Shown: in pieces, positions 48,463-62,174 of the stretch
Layout of the letters: each line of letters begins with the position of its first letter
How positions within the stretch are numbered: position 1 is the stretch's first letter
Assembly: GCF_006345805.1 (NCBI RefSeq)
Contig: NW_021836180.1
Coordinates: forward strand, 136,001-200,000
DNA from: Octopus sinensis
Taxonomy: Eukaryota
Direction: 5' to 3'
Length of the DNA stretch: 64,000 nt
Notes under the pieces: model-generated
Told to the model about the DNA's origin: nothing
The model's database searches: none
What the model saw: only the letters and a program-made list of their open reading frames with translations
Translations under genes and position numbers: made by a program

Positions 48463-49512
48463 GTATGTGAATTCGAAACGTCTGTGAGAGAGTGTGCATG
48501 TGAGAGGAAGAGAGTAAAAGTGAGAGGAAATGTGTGTGTGTGAAGCAGAGAGAAAGAGAGAGAGAGAGAGAGAAATGGGGAGAATGTGTGTGTGTGAATG
48601 TGTGTTTGAAGGCGCGGAAGAGACAGATTGAATGCGTTTATGTATGAAAGAGAAAGAAAAGTATTTCAGTGAAAACGAAGCAGCTCCTTAGAAGTTGCTC
48701 AATTTGCACGAAATAGCAGCCAATTCTTTTGAAATCTCATCCTACCGTCTTAAATAAAGAAATACACGCAGGACTATGTTATCCTGTATATATGAAAAGG
48801 CGCATGCATGGAGCAGGTTTGATCATAGGTGTCGCTCGATCAGTGTTGTCATGGAGTTACGATAACACGTAACTCTTAGTGATGAGAGAATATAAACAGA
48901 TGAAAAGCAACTGAGAAATTATAGGCACAAATCAATTAGATAAGAAAAACATTGATTTGGTCACTCGACAACAGTTATCGCAGTTCAATAAAGCACATTT
49001 TAACAACTTCCTATAGCAAAGAAAATGTAATTTCACTGACCCGAAAGAGTTAAATATGTAAGGGAAAAAAAGGATAAAGGAAAGTTGAAAATCAATTAAA
49101 AATTGAAAATGGATTAATTCGGGGGGAAACCGTTGAATAAAACAAAACGATTTATCATAGTCGAAGTAGATATCTAACAATTTTTTATGTATTTATCGAA
49201 GTTAAAGTAGATATCTAACAACTTCTTGAGGCAAAAGAGGCGTGGCTGTGTGGTAAAAAGCTTGCTTTCCAATCACATTGTCACGGATTCGGTTCAACTG
49301 CGTAGCACCTTGGACAGGTGTTTTGCACTGTAGCCTTCGACCTACCAAAGCCTTCTGAGTTTTTTTTTTTAGAATGGAGGATATGAGGAGTGGGTACTAT
49401 TTAAAAAGAGTGGTCCCGGTGCGCGCACTCGTGTACTCGCGCAACAGCGCTAGCTAGTCGTGACTAGTCGATCCTAAAACGACTACCTAGCAAAGTAAAT
49501 AAAACACACAAA

Positions 49513-49656
49513 TAGGAGTGGCTGTGTGGTAAGTAGCTTGCTAACCAACCACATGGTTCCGGGTTCAGTCCCACTGGCATGTTGGGCAAGTGTCTTCTGC
49601 TATAGCCCCGGGCCTTGTGAGTGGATTTGGTAGACGGAAACTGAAAGAAGCCTGTC

Positions 49657-49715
<59 letters not shown>

Positions 49716-49927
49716 TGTGTGTATATGTTTGTGTGTTTTGTTTGTCCCCCTAGCATTGCTTGACAACCGATGCTGTGTGTTTACGGTTCGGCAAAAGAGA
49801 CCGATAGAATAAGTACTAGGCTTACAATGAATAAGTTCCGGGGTAGAATTGCTCGACTAAAGGCGGTGCTCCAGCATGGCGGCAGTCAAATAACTGAAAC
49901 AGGTAGAAGAGTAAAAAGAGTAAGAGT
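49513..49927 (+). mobile_element. SINE family 2 copy present only in unit 2, replacing the right arm of a MITE
   Basis: Unit 1 has the MITE right arm and spacer (18480-18650) at this position. Confidence 0.75.
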
Positions 49928-50239
49928 ATATGTGAAGCGAGTATCCCACTCATCTCTTTCCAAAAGTATAAAAGTCCGTACGTTTTACGCATGCGTAGAT
50001 TTCACCTGAAACAGCAGACGACAAAATATGAAGCCCTCACCAGAAAACTCGATATGCTAGAAATAACAGCTAAACGTCCGAAAAATATCTTTTCCTCAGC
50101 TTAACGCCCTTTTTTCTGTTCTCTAAATCTTAACTCTCTGTATCTATTTGAATCTTGTTGCCATGCTACAAATTATCTTCGTGTTGTGTTTATAAAGAAA
50201 TAGTATTTGTATCAAGTTGAACTGCAACGAACCTGTGTG

Positions 50240-50402
50240 TGCTGCTACAGCCAATGCCACCATATATCAAGCAGGGGTATTAGAAAAGTTTTCCATTACA
50301 ATTTATGATTAAATTAATAAGTAAGATTAATATTTATAATGAATTTGCTATTTTCGATGGGTGTGCACCGCACACCAAGCACATCCAGAATATACGCCCC
50401 TG
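50240..50402 (-). mobile_element. Probable non-autonomous DNA transposon end (related copies ~19025-19171 and ~45930-46080)
   Basis: Three dispersed similar segments ending atatacgcccctg; the reverse CAGGGGCGTA resembles hAT-type termini. Confidence 0.35.
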
Positions 50403-52166
50403 ATATGTATGTGTGTGTGTGTGTGTGTGTGTTTCCTAAGAAAATTTGAAATGAAAAATTCTTTTTGGATCTTTTCTTTTTGATGGACGGAATTTTCTAG
50501 TTAACTAAAAAATTTGAAACTTCGTATACTGGTAGAATGTGTCAAAAGAAAACATTATTGGATCCTTTTTTTTTTCCATATTCATAATCACCGTATGTTT
50601 CCAGCAGGATTAAACAGAAAAAAATATGTTTTAAAACTGAAAAATTAAAAAATTGGGGTGGAGAAGGGGGGGGTTAAATTTTGAAAACGTGTTTTTATTT
50701 AAGCAAAGTCGCTCGTAATCTCCGATTTCGAAAACGTAGGAATCCAAAGAAAGTTATGAAAAAAAAAAAAAAAAAAACAGAAGGGGTGCTTGCACTTTAC
50801 CCCCACCAAGAAACCGATAGAATATGTGCTAGGTTTTAAAAATATGTCCTGGGGTCGATTTGTTCGACTAAAACACATCAAGGCGGTGCTCCAGCATGAC
50901 CGCAGTCAAATGCCTGAAACAAGTAAAAGATAAAAGGTACCCATCACACAAGTGCGTCTCCCACCCGACATCGACGGAAGCTGTATAGTGACCAAAATTA
51001 CTTTGTCGATTCATTCGACTAAGATTCCTTAAGGCGGTGCCCCAGCATGACCACAATCAAATCACTGGAACAAATAAATGATAAAAGAAAGGTAACAACT
51101 GGCCCCATGGCAAAATAACGGGTTAACATGCAGTTTACAGATGAAAAAAGAAAATAGTGTCAATATAAAAGTGAAAGCGAATTGCAATGAAATTAAAGGC
51201 GTCAATATCGCCATCCTATAATTTCAAGTGGAAAATATATCTTCATAGACAAGGGAGGAAAATAAGTCCGAATTAAAAAATAAAAAAGCATTTCCCAAAT
51301 AATGAATATAAATCATTTATAGAGAAAATAAATATTGATTATGTCACTAGTCAATGATGATCGAAGTCCAATATAGATGTTTTAGCAACTTTTTACAGAA
51401 AAGTAAAAGCAATATCACCAACTTCGAGGAAATAGATTTCAAAAAGGGGTAAAAATACGTTTAAAAGCAATAGAAAAACTAATGAGCACAAACTAATTAT
51501 AAGAAAAGACCGTTGTTTAGATTAAGTCATTTGTCAATTATCACGGTCCACGAAGAAGCTTTAAAATTATCGCAGTAAGTTGTTACTTACCTGTTGAGAG
51601 AAATAAAAGGTGAAATATGTCTCGTTGATAAGTTTAAAGTTTATAATTCAAGAGGATAAAATAAACAACGGGTATATATCCGGGTTTCTTTTCTGCCAAA
51701 AGAAATTGTACGAAACGGAACTGCGTATATATGAAGTGGAAAGTAATCTTACAGATTGGTTGAATATCTTAATAGCTTAGAAGTTCTGTTCTCCACGTAA
51801 AATGCATCAACAGAAAAGTACGAGCAACCCGGTTAAGCGAGAAACGTAAATTCATTAATAAAACAAATTTTAAGTATAATACCAAAGCAGATGATGAACC
51901 AGATTATATAATAGTGCCCCACCAACAACAAATTAGACAGAGATGGGGAGGACGAAGAGAGAGAAAGAGAAAGAGAGAGGAGGCGTGGGAGAGGCCAGCA
52001 ACGCCCATCAATACATTTATATTGACAATTACGAAAACCTCTTTCTACAACCACTTGGGACCTCTTGGTGTTCAATTGATATTTTTCTTACTTTTTATTC
52101 CTTTTTTCTCCTCTTCGCTCCTATTTGCGTTCGGTTTGGATTTGTATTTTAATGTGGTTTTATGTC

Positions 52167-52221
<55 letters not shown>

Positions 52222-54231
52222 GACCTTTATATAAATAAATAACGTGAAATACACGAAGAGACGAACAAAAAGACAAACAAGTCATTCAAGCCTTTATTCT
52301 TCAGTCAGAAACTGATCCCTCATCGCAGATTTCGGCTGTTTAATTCTGAGATCCGCTCTGAATCAGCCAGCCACAGAAGGAAAGAATGAAACGCAACATG
52401 ACGAACAGGAAACAAAAAATCTTTTTTGGGGACAGTAACGATTGAAAACATGAATGACACAGGCGCCCTACGGCTTTGAGACAAACAGAGAGACACAAAA
52501 ATAATAATAATATGTATATATATATATATATTCCTCTTTATATATATAGTGATATACTACAATAAACATATTTCGATGGAAAAACAACAAAAAATGGAGG
52601 AATGTAAAAACTAATTGCGAAACGAAATAGTTTCATTTGGTGTGTAAACGGATGCAATATGTATCTTGTGTAAATAATATTATCATAGTTAAACCAAGCT
52701 GTGAATAAGCCAAAGATTTGGTGTTGGTGTGATAGCTAATCGTATATCTCTTGGTGCCATGTTTGTCATTGTAGATTCTGTGATCAAATCCTGGAGGGGG
52801 TTTCCTCAATGCAAGGGGTCTATCCTGCATACATTGTAACGTATAGTCTGTTATTCAATTACTTGTTTTAATTATTGGACATCTGCCATGTGGGGCACTG
52901 TTTTCAGAGGTTTAGTTATCTTTTCGCTTTGACCGGCAGATTTTAAAATAATTTCTTTGTAACTAAACACTTTTAAACTTCGTATACCGGTAGAATGTGT
53001 TTATAAAACATCTTTTTCTCTTGGCTTTCTTGAGAGAATTCTGTAGTTTGTAAGCTATTTGTTGTTTAATTTCTTGCATTTCGACAATTTCAACCAATCA
53101 ATGACGTCTATTGAGGTGAATTTTTTTTTAACCCTGAAATACTGTAAATGTGTGTGTTTCTATTGATGAAAGGGTGTTTTAAGAGAGATTTGCTATATTT
53201 GTAGTAGCTCAAGTTACCAGACACACACACACGTGTGTGTGTGTGTGCATGTGTGTTTTGTTGTGGGGAAAAAAATACTTTCTCTCGGAATATTTTGCAC
53301 AATAATTTTTAAAGAAATCTGGTCATCTTTTTTACTGCCAACCATCCCACTTCAGATTACAATTGTTAATTGTTGGAAGTCAAGTAGACTGAGATGCACA
53401 CATACTGTTACCGTATAGAGTGGAAGTTCAATACGAAGTCTTGAACTCATTATCCTGTTGTTAGTAATCCATTACCTTAAATTTGAAACCATTAAGTCGT
53501 TAAACATTATTTTGTTTGGTTTTCTTTCGACTGTTGCCATGATGATGTATCGCCTTCAAAAATTTAATTGATCATACTGACCTCAATACGTATTTCAATC
53601 TGGCATTTATTTTATAGATCTCTGCTTGATGAACTTCTAACTTGGAGACATAGTGGGACGAATGACTGTGTAGTTGAGAAGTTTGCTTCCCAAACATATG
53701 GTTCCATGTTCAGTCGCTTGCATGGTAGCTTGGGCAAGTGTTTTCTACTATAGCCCCTAGATCAACCACAGATATCTGACTGAATTTGGTAAACGGAAAC
53801 TGCAGGGTTGTTAATCACAAAATGACCGAAAAGCATGTTCATAAGGTAGAGTTGTTTGCTTCATGTTCCACGTGTGCTAATTCTGCCCGTAAGAAAGAAA
53901 CAATGTGACTGTAGGTCATTACACCTTGGCAACGCCGGGGTGCATTGCTACTATACACCTAGAACCACACTAATAGCTTAGGAGTGAAATTTAGGATTTC
54001 ATAGTTTTCTGTGAATCGATTTTGATAAAACTTTTCCCAGCTGGTTTGCACACTATAGCAACACTATTGTTTTGTTTTCATTATTTTGCGTAACGTCCTT
54101 TCGGTTTTTTTTTAATTTCAGATTCTTCAGTTTTTGGGTGTACCACACTAATAACTTTTAAATGAAAATAGTCTATCTAGACATTTTTCCAGAAAGTGAA
54201 GGGGGATCTTTACCTTTTGACTGACAGATTT

Positions 54232-54949
54232 AAAAAAGAATTTTTTGTAACTAAACACTTTCAAACTTCGTATACTGGTAGAATGTATCACATAAAACAT
54301 CTTTTAATCTTGGCGTTGTTGAGAAAATCCTGTATCTTGGAAGTTATTTCTTGTTAAAGTTGTCGTATTTTGGTAATTTCAACCAATCAATGACGTGTAT
54401 TCAGCTGAATAAAATTACTGCTGTCGTTTGTTAACTACAACTATCGGCGGTGTTTGTCACTGTTATTTTTGACATTCTTCATGCATTTGTACTGGTTTTA
54501 GCTTTAAGGTGTTAGGGTTAAGGTGTTAGGGTTAGGGTTTTAGAATTAGGTTTACAGTTTTAGGGTTAGGGTTGTCGTTTTAGGGTTAGAGTTACGGAAA
54601 ATCATGAAAAATAAAGGATGAACGGTTATGGTGGTGCTATGAAGTAAACATGCTTCAGATACACTCGTTTATTCATACAAATGTAACTGAGATTAAATAT
54701 GTCATAATTAAAACGACAAATGAAATATACACTGCCGGAAGTTGTTGATAACAAACAACAGCATTAATTTTATTCATCTGAATACACGTCATTGATTGGT
54801 TGAAATTACCGAAATATGACAACTTTAACAAGAAATAACTTCTAAAATTTGAGAATTTTCTCAACAGCGCCAAGAGTAAAAGATGTTTTATGTGACACAT
54901 TCTACCAGTATACGAAGTTTGAAAGTGTTTAGTTACAAAAAATTATTTT
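54232..54949. mobile_element. Fold-back element, unit 2 copy
   Basis: Aligns to 22972-23673; its right arm retains ~35 bp that is missing in unit 1. Confidence 0.7.
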
Positions 54950-55086
54950 AGTTACAAAACTTTACAACCATGATATTTAGGGTTCAGTCCCACAAGACAA
55001 TACCTTCAGCAAGTGTCTTCTATTATAGCCGAGAGCAGACCAATTCCTTGTGAGTGTGTTTGGTACACAGGAACAGGGTGGAGGCC

Positions 55087-55122
<36 letters not shown>

Positions 55123-55781
55123 ATTATACCCCCTCATAATTTAGCTGTTCTACCATAGAGACTGATGGAATAACTACCCAATTTTAAAATAAATGAGTTT
55201 TGGGGTTGATGTGTTTAACTAAAAAATGCCTTTTAGGTTGTGACTTAGAATGGCTGCAGTCCAACGACCAAAATGAGTTGTGGATAAAAGACGAGATATG
55301 GTATACACATAGTTACATTAAAATTCCGATTCACAAAATGTGTACAGGGCCAGAAATGTGTATAGAGTATGTAATTGATTTAATCAATTTTATTTCTTAA
55401 TTGGCCATTCTTTTATGGACATAAAAAGCATAAAAAGCAAAGCCAAGATTGGTGACTATTGCACCTACAGCTTAAAAAAGAAAAAAATTAAATAATTCAG
55501 TTCCAATGCAGAGTTAAATGTTCAGTACTCAGTTTGAATGTCTTTAAACTTCATATATTCATATTGCACACAGAAAATAACACAAGTTCAATAAATATAT
55601 AAGGATTATGGTTTTATATTTATTATATTTTACAGCTGTATAGATATATAAAAATATTGTTTATGATCTGTTACAGGATTTTAGCTGAGTAAAAGTAAGA
55701 TATACAAGTGTTAAAATGGTAAGGTATTTTTCTCAGTTTATACAGTAGTGAAAGTTTTAAAAATGAAATAAACAGAAATCG

Positions 55782-57878
55782 CTAGGCAACATTTTGTTTT
55801 TTTGAAGTTTGTAGCTTTTTCTAGTAACTTCTCTGAATACAGTGGTTGTATATTCTGAGATTCCAGCCAATCAATTGCTTTCTTTTCCATTACTTCCCAT
55901 TCACAATGCTGGGAAGCTAATTTTTCTCTTAGTACAGCAACAACAAGACCTGGTAGCCCATACTTTATCACTAACAGATGGATTCTCATCGTTCAGATCC
56001 TTAAGAGAAATATTGCAGAGCTTGGAGCCAATTGATCATCTAGATTCCAGAAACCAGAGAAAGCTTGTAGATCAAACAAACCTGTTAAAATGTCCTTAAT
56101 TGTTCACTTTGAAGAGGTTAAGTCTGAGTGAGGCGACTGTCTTGAATTCTCAGCATTTATACTTAAGGAATTATTTATGGAAGTATACATTCTAGCTATA
56201 TCTTCTCTCGGACGTACTGGCATTGGGTCTGATTGTTGTAAAACTTTTTTTAACTTACGGAACATTCTTACTATTGGCGAAGAAGCACAAGCACACTTGG
56301 CTGTATATTTTGGAATTGCTATAGAGGCCATTTGAATAGCAACTGGAACATGTTCATCCAAACCAACAAAACTTGTGTACTTTGAAACTAAATTAGCCAT
56401 TGTACCCAAATCGATAATCTCTGATTTATTTCATCCACCTTTAACCCAAATCTTTATTTAATTCCAATTCCTGTATTTTCCTTTTCACACAAAGACGGTG
56501 TGGTATTGTATTGTGATTGTCATTTCCTTATTATTCTGTCCCAACAATCTTGCTTCAAAATCAAGTGAAAAGTCTGAATCATCAATTTTACCACAAAGAT
56601 TCAATTTCACATTTTTGCAACTAGTCTCAGTTTCATGCAATACCTTTGACCAATTCTGTAGAAGCTCCAGAACCAATACCAATTGTGAAGTATCGTGTGT
56701 TGTTTACTTGTGACTTGACCAATTGAATGACATCGTTTGTGTTGTAGACTTCACCATCAGTTATTAAGAATACTTGTCGATGGAAATTTTGAAATGGTTT
56801 TTTTGTCAGAGAGTGATTTCAGGACACTAAGAATTTCTGTCCCTCCCGAAGCATATAGATTTTTCTGGAATTTCAATGCTTCATTCAGAGAATCTTCACT
56901 ATATTCTCGGCTTCCTTCTTTGAACAGAAATTCAAAATCATTATTGAAGCTGATAACATTAAATGAGCCAACCCAAAGGTAAACCTTTTAAGAAAGTAAC
57001 AAAGTATCTTTTGCTGCTTCAATTTTCTCTCCAACTCATGCTTCCTGAGCGATCAATAACAAAATATAATCATTAGCGGCAGATTGTTTTACTTGCGGAA
57101 GTTCTGGAAACACATTTATCATCATAATATCTTTAGAAAACATTCCTTTAGAATTCTCATTCTCCTTTCTCTAAAATTACTTGTGGTTTTTCTACATCTT
57201 CATAGTACACTTGCAGAAGAAGGTCTTTCTCAAAATTGAATTCCTTTGCCATTCTCACAGTAGCATGACACTTGTTATCCTGATAATCCACCTTAACTGG
57301 ATGTTTCTGATTGATGTCTTTTGATTTGTGAATTCCAGTTGACAGAGGCATTGAAACTAAACTCTTTGGGTTAGGTGATTTTGATAATTTTTCATCTGCA
57401 GGTTTAAGACCATATCTGGGATTAAGCACAAATGGCATATGAAATTTCAACTGCCCCATCAACTTCACAAGAAAGTTCAGAAACAAGGCATATTTGTAAA
57501 TGGATCTTTTCATTTGCTGGAATATTACCTAACTATACTCAAAAATATCGCCAGATGTACTTGTCTCTCGCAACAAAATGGCAGACTGACCTTTATCTAC
57601 AGCTTGTTTGTATTCCTTTTTGGCAACATCTTTGTCTTTAGATTTGGCAACTAAATGGACATCACCAATTTTAGCTTCGAATTTATTATACGGCACTGTC
57701 TTCTTCCACAGGGAAAACAAACTTAGCTTCTGTTTTTGTGTTGGCTTTCATTTATATATTCAGCCTCGATGTTGACGTGTGATGTAAATCCATTAATGGA
57801 AATTGTATGGTGTGGCATAGAGAAGAGAAACCTTTGTTTTATTTTCATAGATGATTCCAAATACATTAAACAATCCAT
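55782..57878 (-). pseudogene. VWA5A: VWA5A-like copy B4, many small indels plus a 218-bp deletion at 56640/56641
   Basis: Fragments 57529-57720, 57157-57513, 56485-56682, 56104-56409 and 55738-55989 match A1/B2. The deletion removes A1-equivalent 887-1104. Confidence 0.75.
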
Positions 57879-58110
57879 ATTGATTTAAAATACCTGTTAA
57901 AGAAAAAAATAAACAAAAAATGAATGCAAACAAACCCAAAAATGGAAATATTGAGGAAATGTGTGGCATAGAGAAGAGAAAACCTTTGTTTTATTTTCAT
58001 AGATGATTCTAAATACCATTAAACAATCCATATTGATTTAAAAATACCTGTATAGAAAAAAATAAACAAAAATGCAAAAAACAAAAACCCCAAAAATGGA
58101 AATATTGAGG
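57810..58110. repeat. ~153-bp tandem duplication of the B4 start codon and acceptor region
   Basis: gtgtggcatagagaagagaaacc...caatccat...tacctgt occurs twice (ATG at 57878 and 58031). Confidence 0.75.
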
Positions 58111-58382
58111 ATCCTGATGATAATTACATGTAAAGATCAAAATCGTAACACAATTTCATATATAAATATGGCATGTTAGTCATGATTGCCACTTGTAACA
58201 TGTCACCTAGTACAGTCTGTACCATATCTGAACTGTCAACGACTAAACTGGCAAAAACACCCATTTCTTGGTGGGTAGGATGCTATCTGGATGCATTGAA
58301 GGATGTAAAATCTGTCAAAGACCTGTCAAAGTTTGGTGAAGTGAAGAGAGGCACAGGCCATTCAATTACATAAAATTTATAT

Positions 58383-59045
58383 ACATTGATCCCTTGCTAC
58401 TACGCAGTTCAACTATCACAGATTTTAAAAACAATATATATATATGAACACCTAAAATTTTTCATTTAATCCATTAAAATATTAATAATAAATATTATTT
58501 ACTAGTCTAGGAACAACAAAACAAGCATAAATAGCAAAAAAGCATATACAGGGGTATTTGAACTTAAGACAGGCTGTGATTGGTGCAATGGAGAGAGATG
58601 ACGAATGCAGCTTCCTATTTTGTAATCTGGCCTGTGTTGGTGCTTTGTCTGACGCTCAGATCTGCAGCATCTCCCTTTCGCGGCTTCCCTTTCGCGGGCC
58701 ATTTCGCTTCAGGCTTTCTCTCGCTTAGTGGTTTACTGTACTATTTTACGGTGTACTGTGTATTTTATCTTTTGTGTGTGTATTCTTTTGTTTGTGTTGA
58801 ATTTCATTTTCATCCCCTGCAATGGCTCCCAAGCGTGCTGCTTCTTCCAAGGCTCATACTGAGCCTAAATGCAAACAAAGAATGATGTCGATTGCTGAGA
58901 AGGTGAAACTTCCTGGATATGTTGAAGGAAGGGAGAACTTTCGCTGCCATTTTAGCGTGAACAGATCCACTGTTCACTACCATCAAGAAGGACGAGGCTA
59001 ACATTAGGAAAACGGCTGTGCCATCACCTTTAATATGTCGGTGAA
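58383..59045 (+). mobile_element. Tigger-like fragment, unit 2 copy
   Basis: Aligns to 27146-27790. Confidence 0.7.
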
Positions 59046-60054
59046 GACATTTGACTTTGTTAACACTGAATATGGATTCCATAAGTTTTGTGATAAAACT
59101 CTTCCAACATATTCCTGTGTCTTACAACACTACCCAACAAGTTGTACTTTTGGTCTTTAGTGTTTGTTCTATATTATCCCATGATGAAACTAAAATGGAT
59201 TCATCTTAATTTTCATTCTTTTACGCGTTTCAGTTATTAAACTCCAACCATACTGGGGCACTGACTTGAAGACGTGAGTAGAGCAAATCTCTTAACAGAA
59301 ATCTAGAATAAGATGTACACATAAATGTCAAGGTTTTTCAAATAGTATCTAATATCATAAGAATGATAGTAATGATGAACCAAGATAAAATACAGATGTG
59401 ATAAACGTAGGATAGAGTTTTATACAATTATTTGTCTCAGATATTTATTTATTAAACCCCGTTTCGTTAAGGAATTTCTAATGACAAAAGACAATATGAA
59501 GCCTGGTGAGTAATGAACCTATAGCTAACATAATGATTATTTTACTTAGTTTTGTAGAGTTAAATGCTTGCTACTCAGTTTTGAATGTCTTTAACTGTTT
59601 CTCTACTATATTTCAGTTGAAATGCATGGCATTTGTTTTGATTAATTTTCAAAATAATGAAGAATTTAGTGATATAACTTTGTCATTATTAAGCTGGTGT
59701 TTGGGACATAAACTACAACGATGTTTTTTTGAGGGAAGGTTATATTTTCATAAAAACAGGAAGTTTGTGTCACTGAATCCCCCCAAAAGTGCGTAAATGG
59801 TTTTTTTTTCAATCTGTTTTTAGTCTTGGAAATATATTTACATTTCACACAAAAGAATAACAAAAATCAACAAATATAGGATTATAGCTCTATATTTCAT
59901 TATATTTTATGTTACAGCTGTATAGATATATAAAATATTTGTTTACAGATATTTTAGAGGAATTAGTAAAGTATTGATATACAAGTAAATTTTAAGGTAT
60001 TTTTCTCAGTTATACAGTAGTGAAAGTTTTAAAATATGAAATAAACAGAAATTG

Positions 60055-62174
60055 CTAGGCAACCATTTTGTTTTTTTATGAAGTTTGTAGCTTTTTCTAG
60101 TAACTTCTCTGAATTCAGTGGTTGTATATTCTGAGATTCCAGCCAAACAACAATTGCTTTTTTTTCCATTAATTCCCATTCATTCCGAATGCTAAGCTAA
60201 TTTTTCTTAGTACAGCAACAACAGAGCTGTAGCCCATAATTTATCACTAACAGATGGATTCTCATCGTTCAGATCCTTAAGAGAAATACTGAGAGCTTGA
60301 GCCAATTGATCATCTAGATTCCAGAAACCAGAGAAAGCTTGTAGATCAACCAAACATGTTAAAATGTCCTTAATTGTTCCCTTTGAAGAGGTTAAGTCTG
60401 ACTGAGGTGACTGTCTTGAATTCTCAGCATTTATACTTAAGGAATTGTCTATGAAAGCATCCATTCCAGCTGTATCTTGTCTGAGACGTACTGGCATTGG
60501 CTCTGATTGTTGTAAAACTTTTTTGGACTTATGGAACATTCTTACTATTGGCGAAGAAGCAGAAGCACACTTGGCTCTACGTTTTGGAGCTGCCATAGAG
60601 GCCATTTGAAAATCCAATCGAACATGTTCATCCAAACCAACCAAAAACTTGTGTACTTTGAAACTAAATTAGCCATTGTACCCAAATCGATAATCTCTGA
60701 TGTTATTTCATTTCATCACCTTACCCAAATCTTCATTTAATTCAATTCCTGTATTTCCTTTTTCACACAAAGACGGTGTATTGTCTTTCCTTATTATTCT
60801 GTCCCAACAGACTTTCTTTCAAAATCAAGTGAAAAGTCTGATTCATCACCAATTTTACCACAAAGATTCAATTTCACATTTTTGCAACTAGTCTCAGCTT
60901 CATGCAAAACTAGAGATAAAGGGATTAATTTTTCTTCACTGAAAATACATGGCAGCCTTTCTGGAACTGAAATAAAGGATAATTCTTTATTGTTTTCACC
61001 ATAGTTTAGCAGAGAGACAAACCGAGATACAAATGGTGCATGTTGACAATTTTAATAAACGCATAACTTTTGCCTTAAGGTTGTCGTTTGTCATCACAAA
61101 CTCTGCTTGTCTGTCCCTTCCCTGCGCGGGCAATACTTTGACCAATTCTGTAGAAGCTCCAAACCAATACCAATTGTGAAGTATCGTGTGTTGTTTACCT
61201 GTGGACTTTGACCAATTGAATGACATCGTTTGTGTTGTAGACTTCATTCACCATCAGTTATTAAGAATACTTGTCGATGGAAATTTTGAAATGGTTTTTT
61301 GACAGAGAGTGATTTCAGTGCACTAAGAATTTCTGTCCCTCCCGAAGCATATAGATTTTTCTTTCTGCTTCTTAGCGGCAGATTGTTTTACTTGCGGAAG
61401 TTCTGGAAACACATTTATCATCATAATATCTTTAGAAAACATTCCTTTAGAATTCTCATCTCCTTTCTCTAAAATTACTTGTGGTTTTTCTACATCTTCA
61501 TAGTACACTTGCAGAAGAAGGTCTTTCTCAAAATTGAATTCCTTTGCCATTCTCACAGTAGCATGACACTTGTTATCCTGATAATCCACCCTAACTGGAT
61601 GTTCTGATTTGATGTCTTTGATTTGTGAATTCCAGTTGACAGAGGCATTGAAACTAAACTCTTTTGGTTTAGGTGCATTTTGATAATTTTCATCTGCAGG
61701 TTTAAGACCATATCTGGGATTAAGCACAAATGGCATATGAAATTTCACTGCCCCGTCAACTTCACAAGAAAGTTCAGAAACAAGGCATATTTGTAAATGG
61801 ATCTTTTCATTTGCTGGAATATTACCTAAACTATACTCAAAAATATCGCCAGATGTACTTGTCTCTCGCAACAAAATGGCAGACTGACCTTTATCTACAG
61901 CTTGTTTGTATTCCTTTTTGGCAACATCTTTGTCTTTAGATTTGGCAACTAAATGGACATCACCAATTTTAGCTTCGAATTTATATACGGCACTGTCTTC
62001 TTCCACAGGGAAAACAAACTTAGCTTCTGTTTTGTGTTGGCTTTCATTTATATATTCAACCTCGATGTTGACGTGTGACGTAAAACCATTAATGGAAATC
62101 GTGTGTGTGGCATAGAGAAGAGAAACCTTTGTTTTATTTTCACAGATGATTCCAAATACCATTAGTCTATTCAT
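60055..62174 (-). pseudogene. VWA5A: VWA5A-like copy A5; MIDAS-encoding segment deleted at ~61363-61371, many indels in the 3' half
   Basis: ORF 61323-62174 is the VIT half. A1-equivalent 1330-1535 is replaced by 9 nt. Fragments 60996-61247 and 60207-60644 give the remainder. Confidence 0.75.

Larger units (their letters stand above)
32283..62174. repeat. Segmental duplication unit 2
   Basis: Same order of genes, SINEs, LTR element and telomere-like tract as unit 1. Confidence 0.9.
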
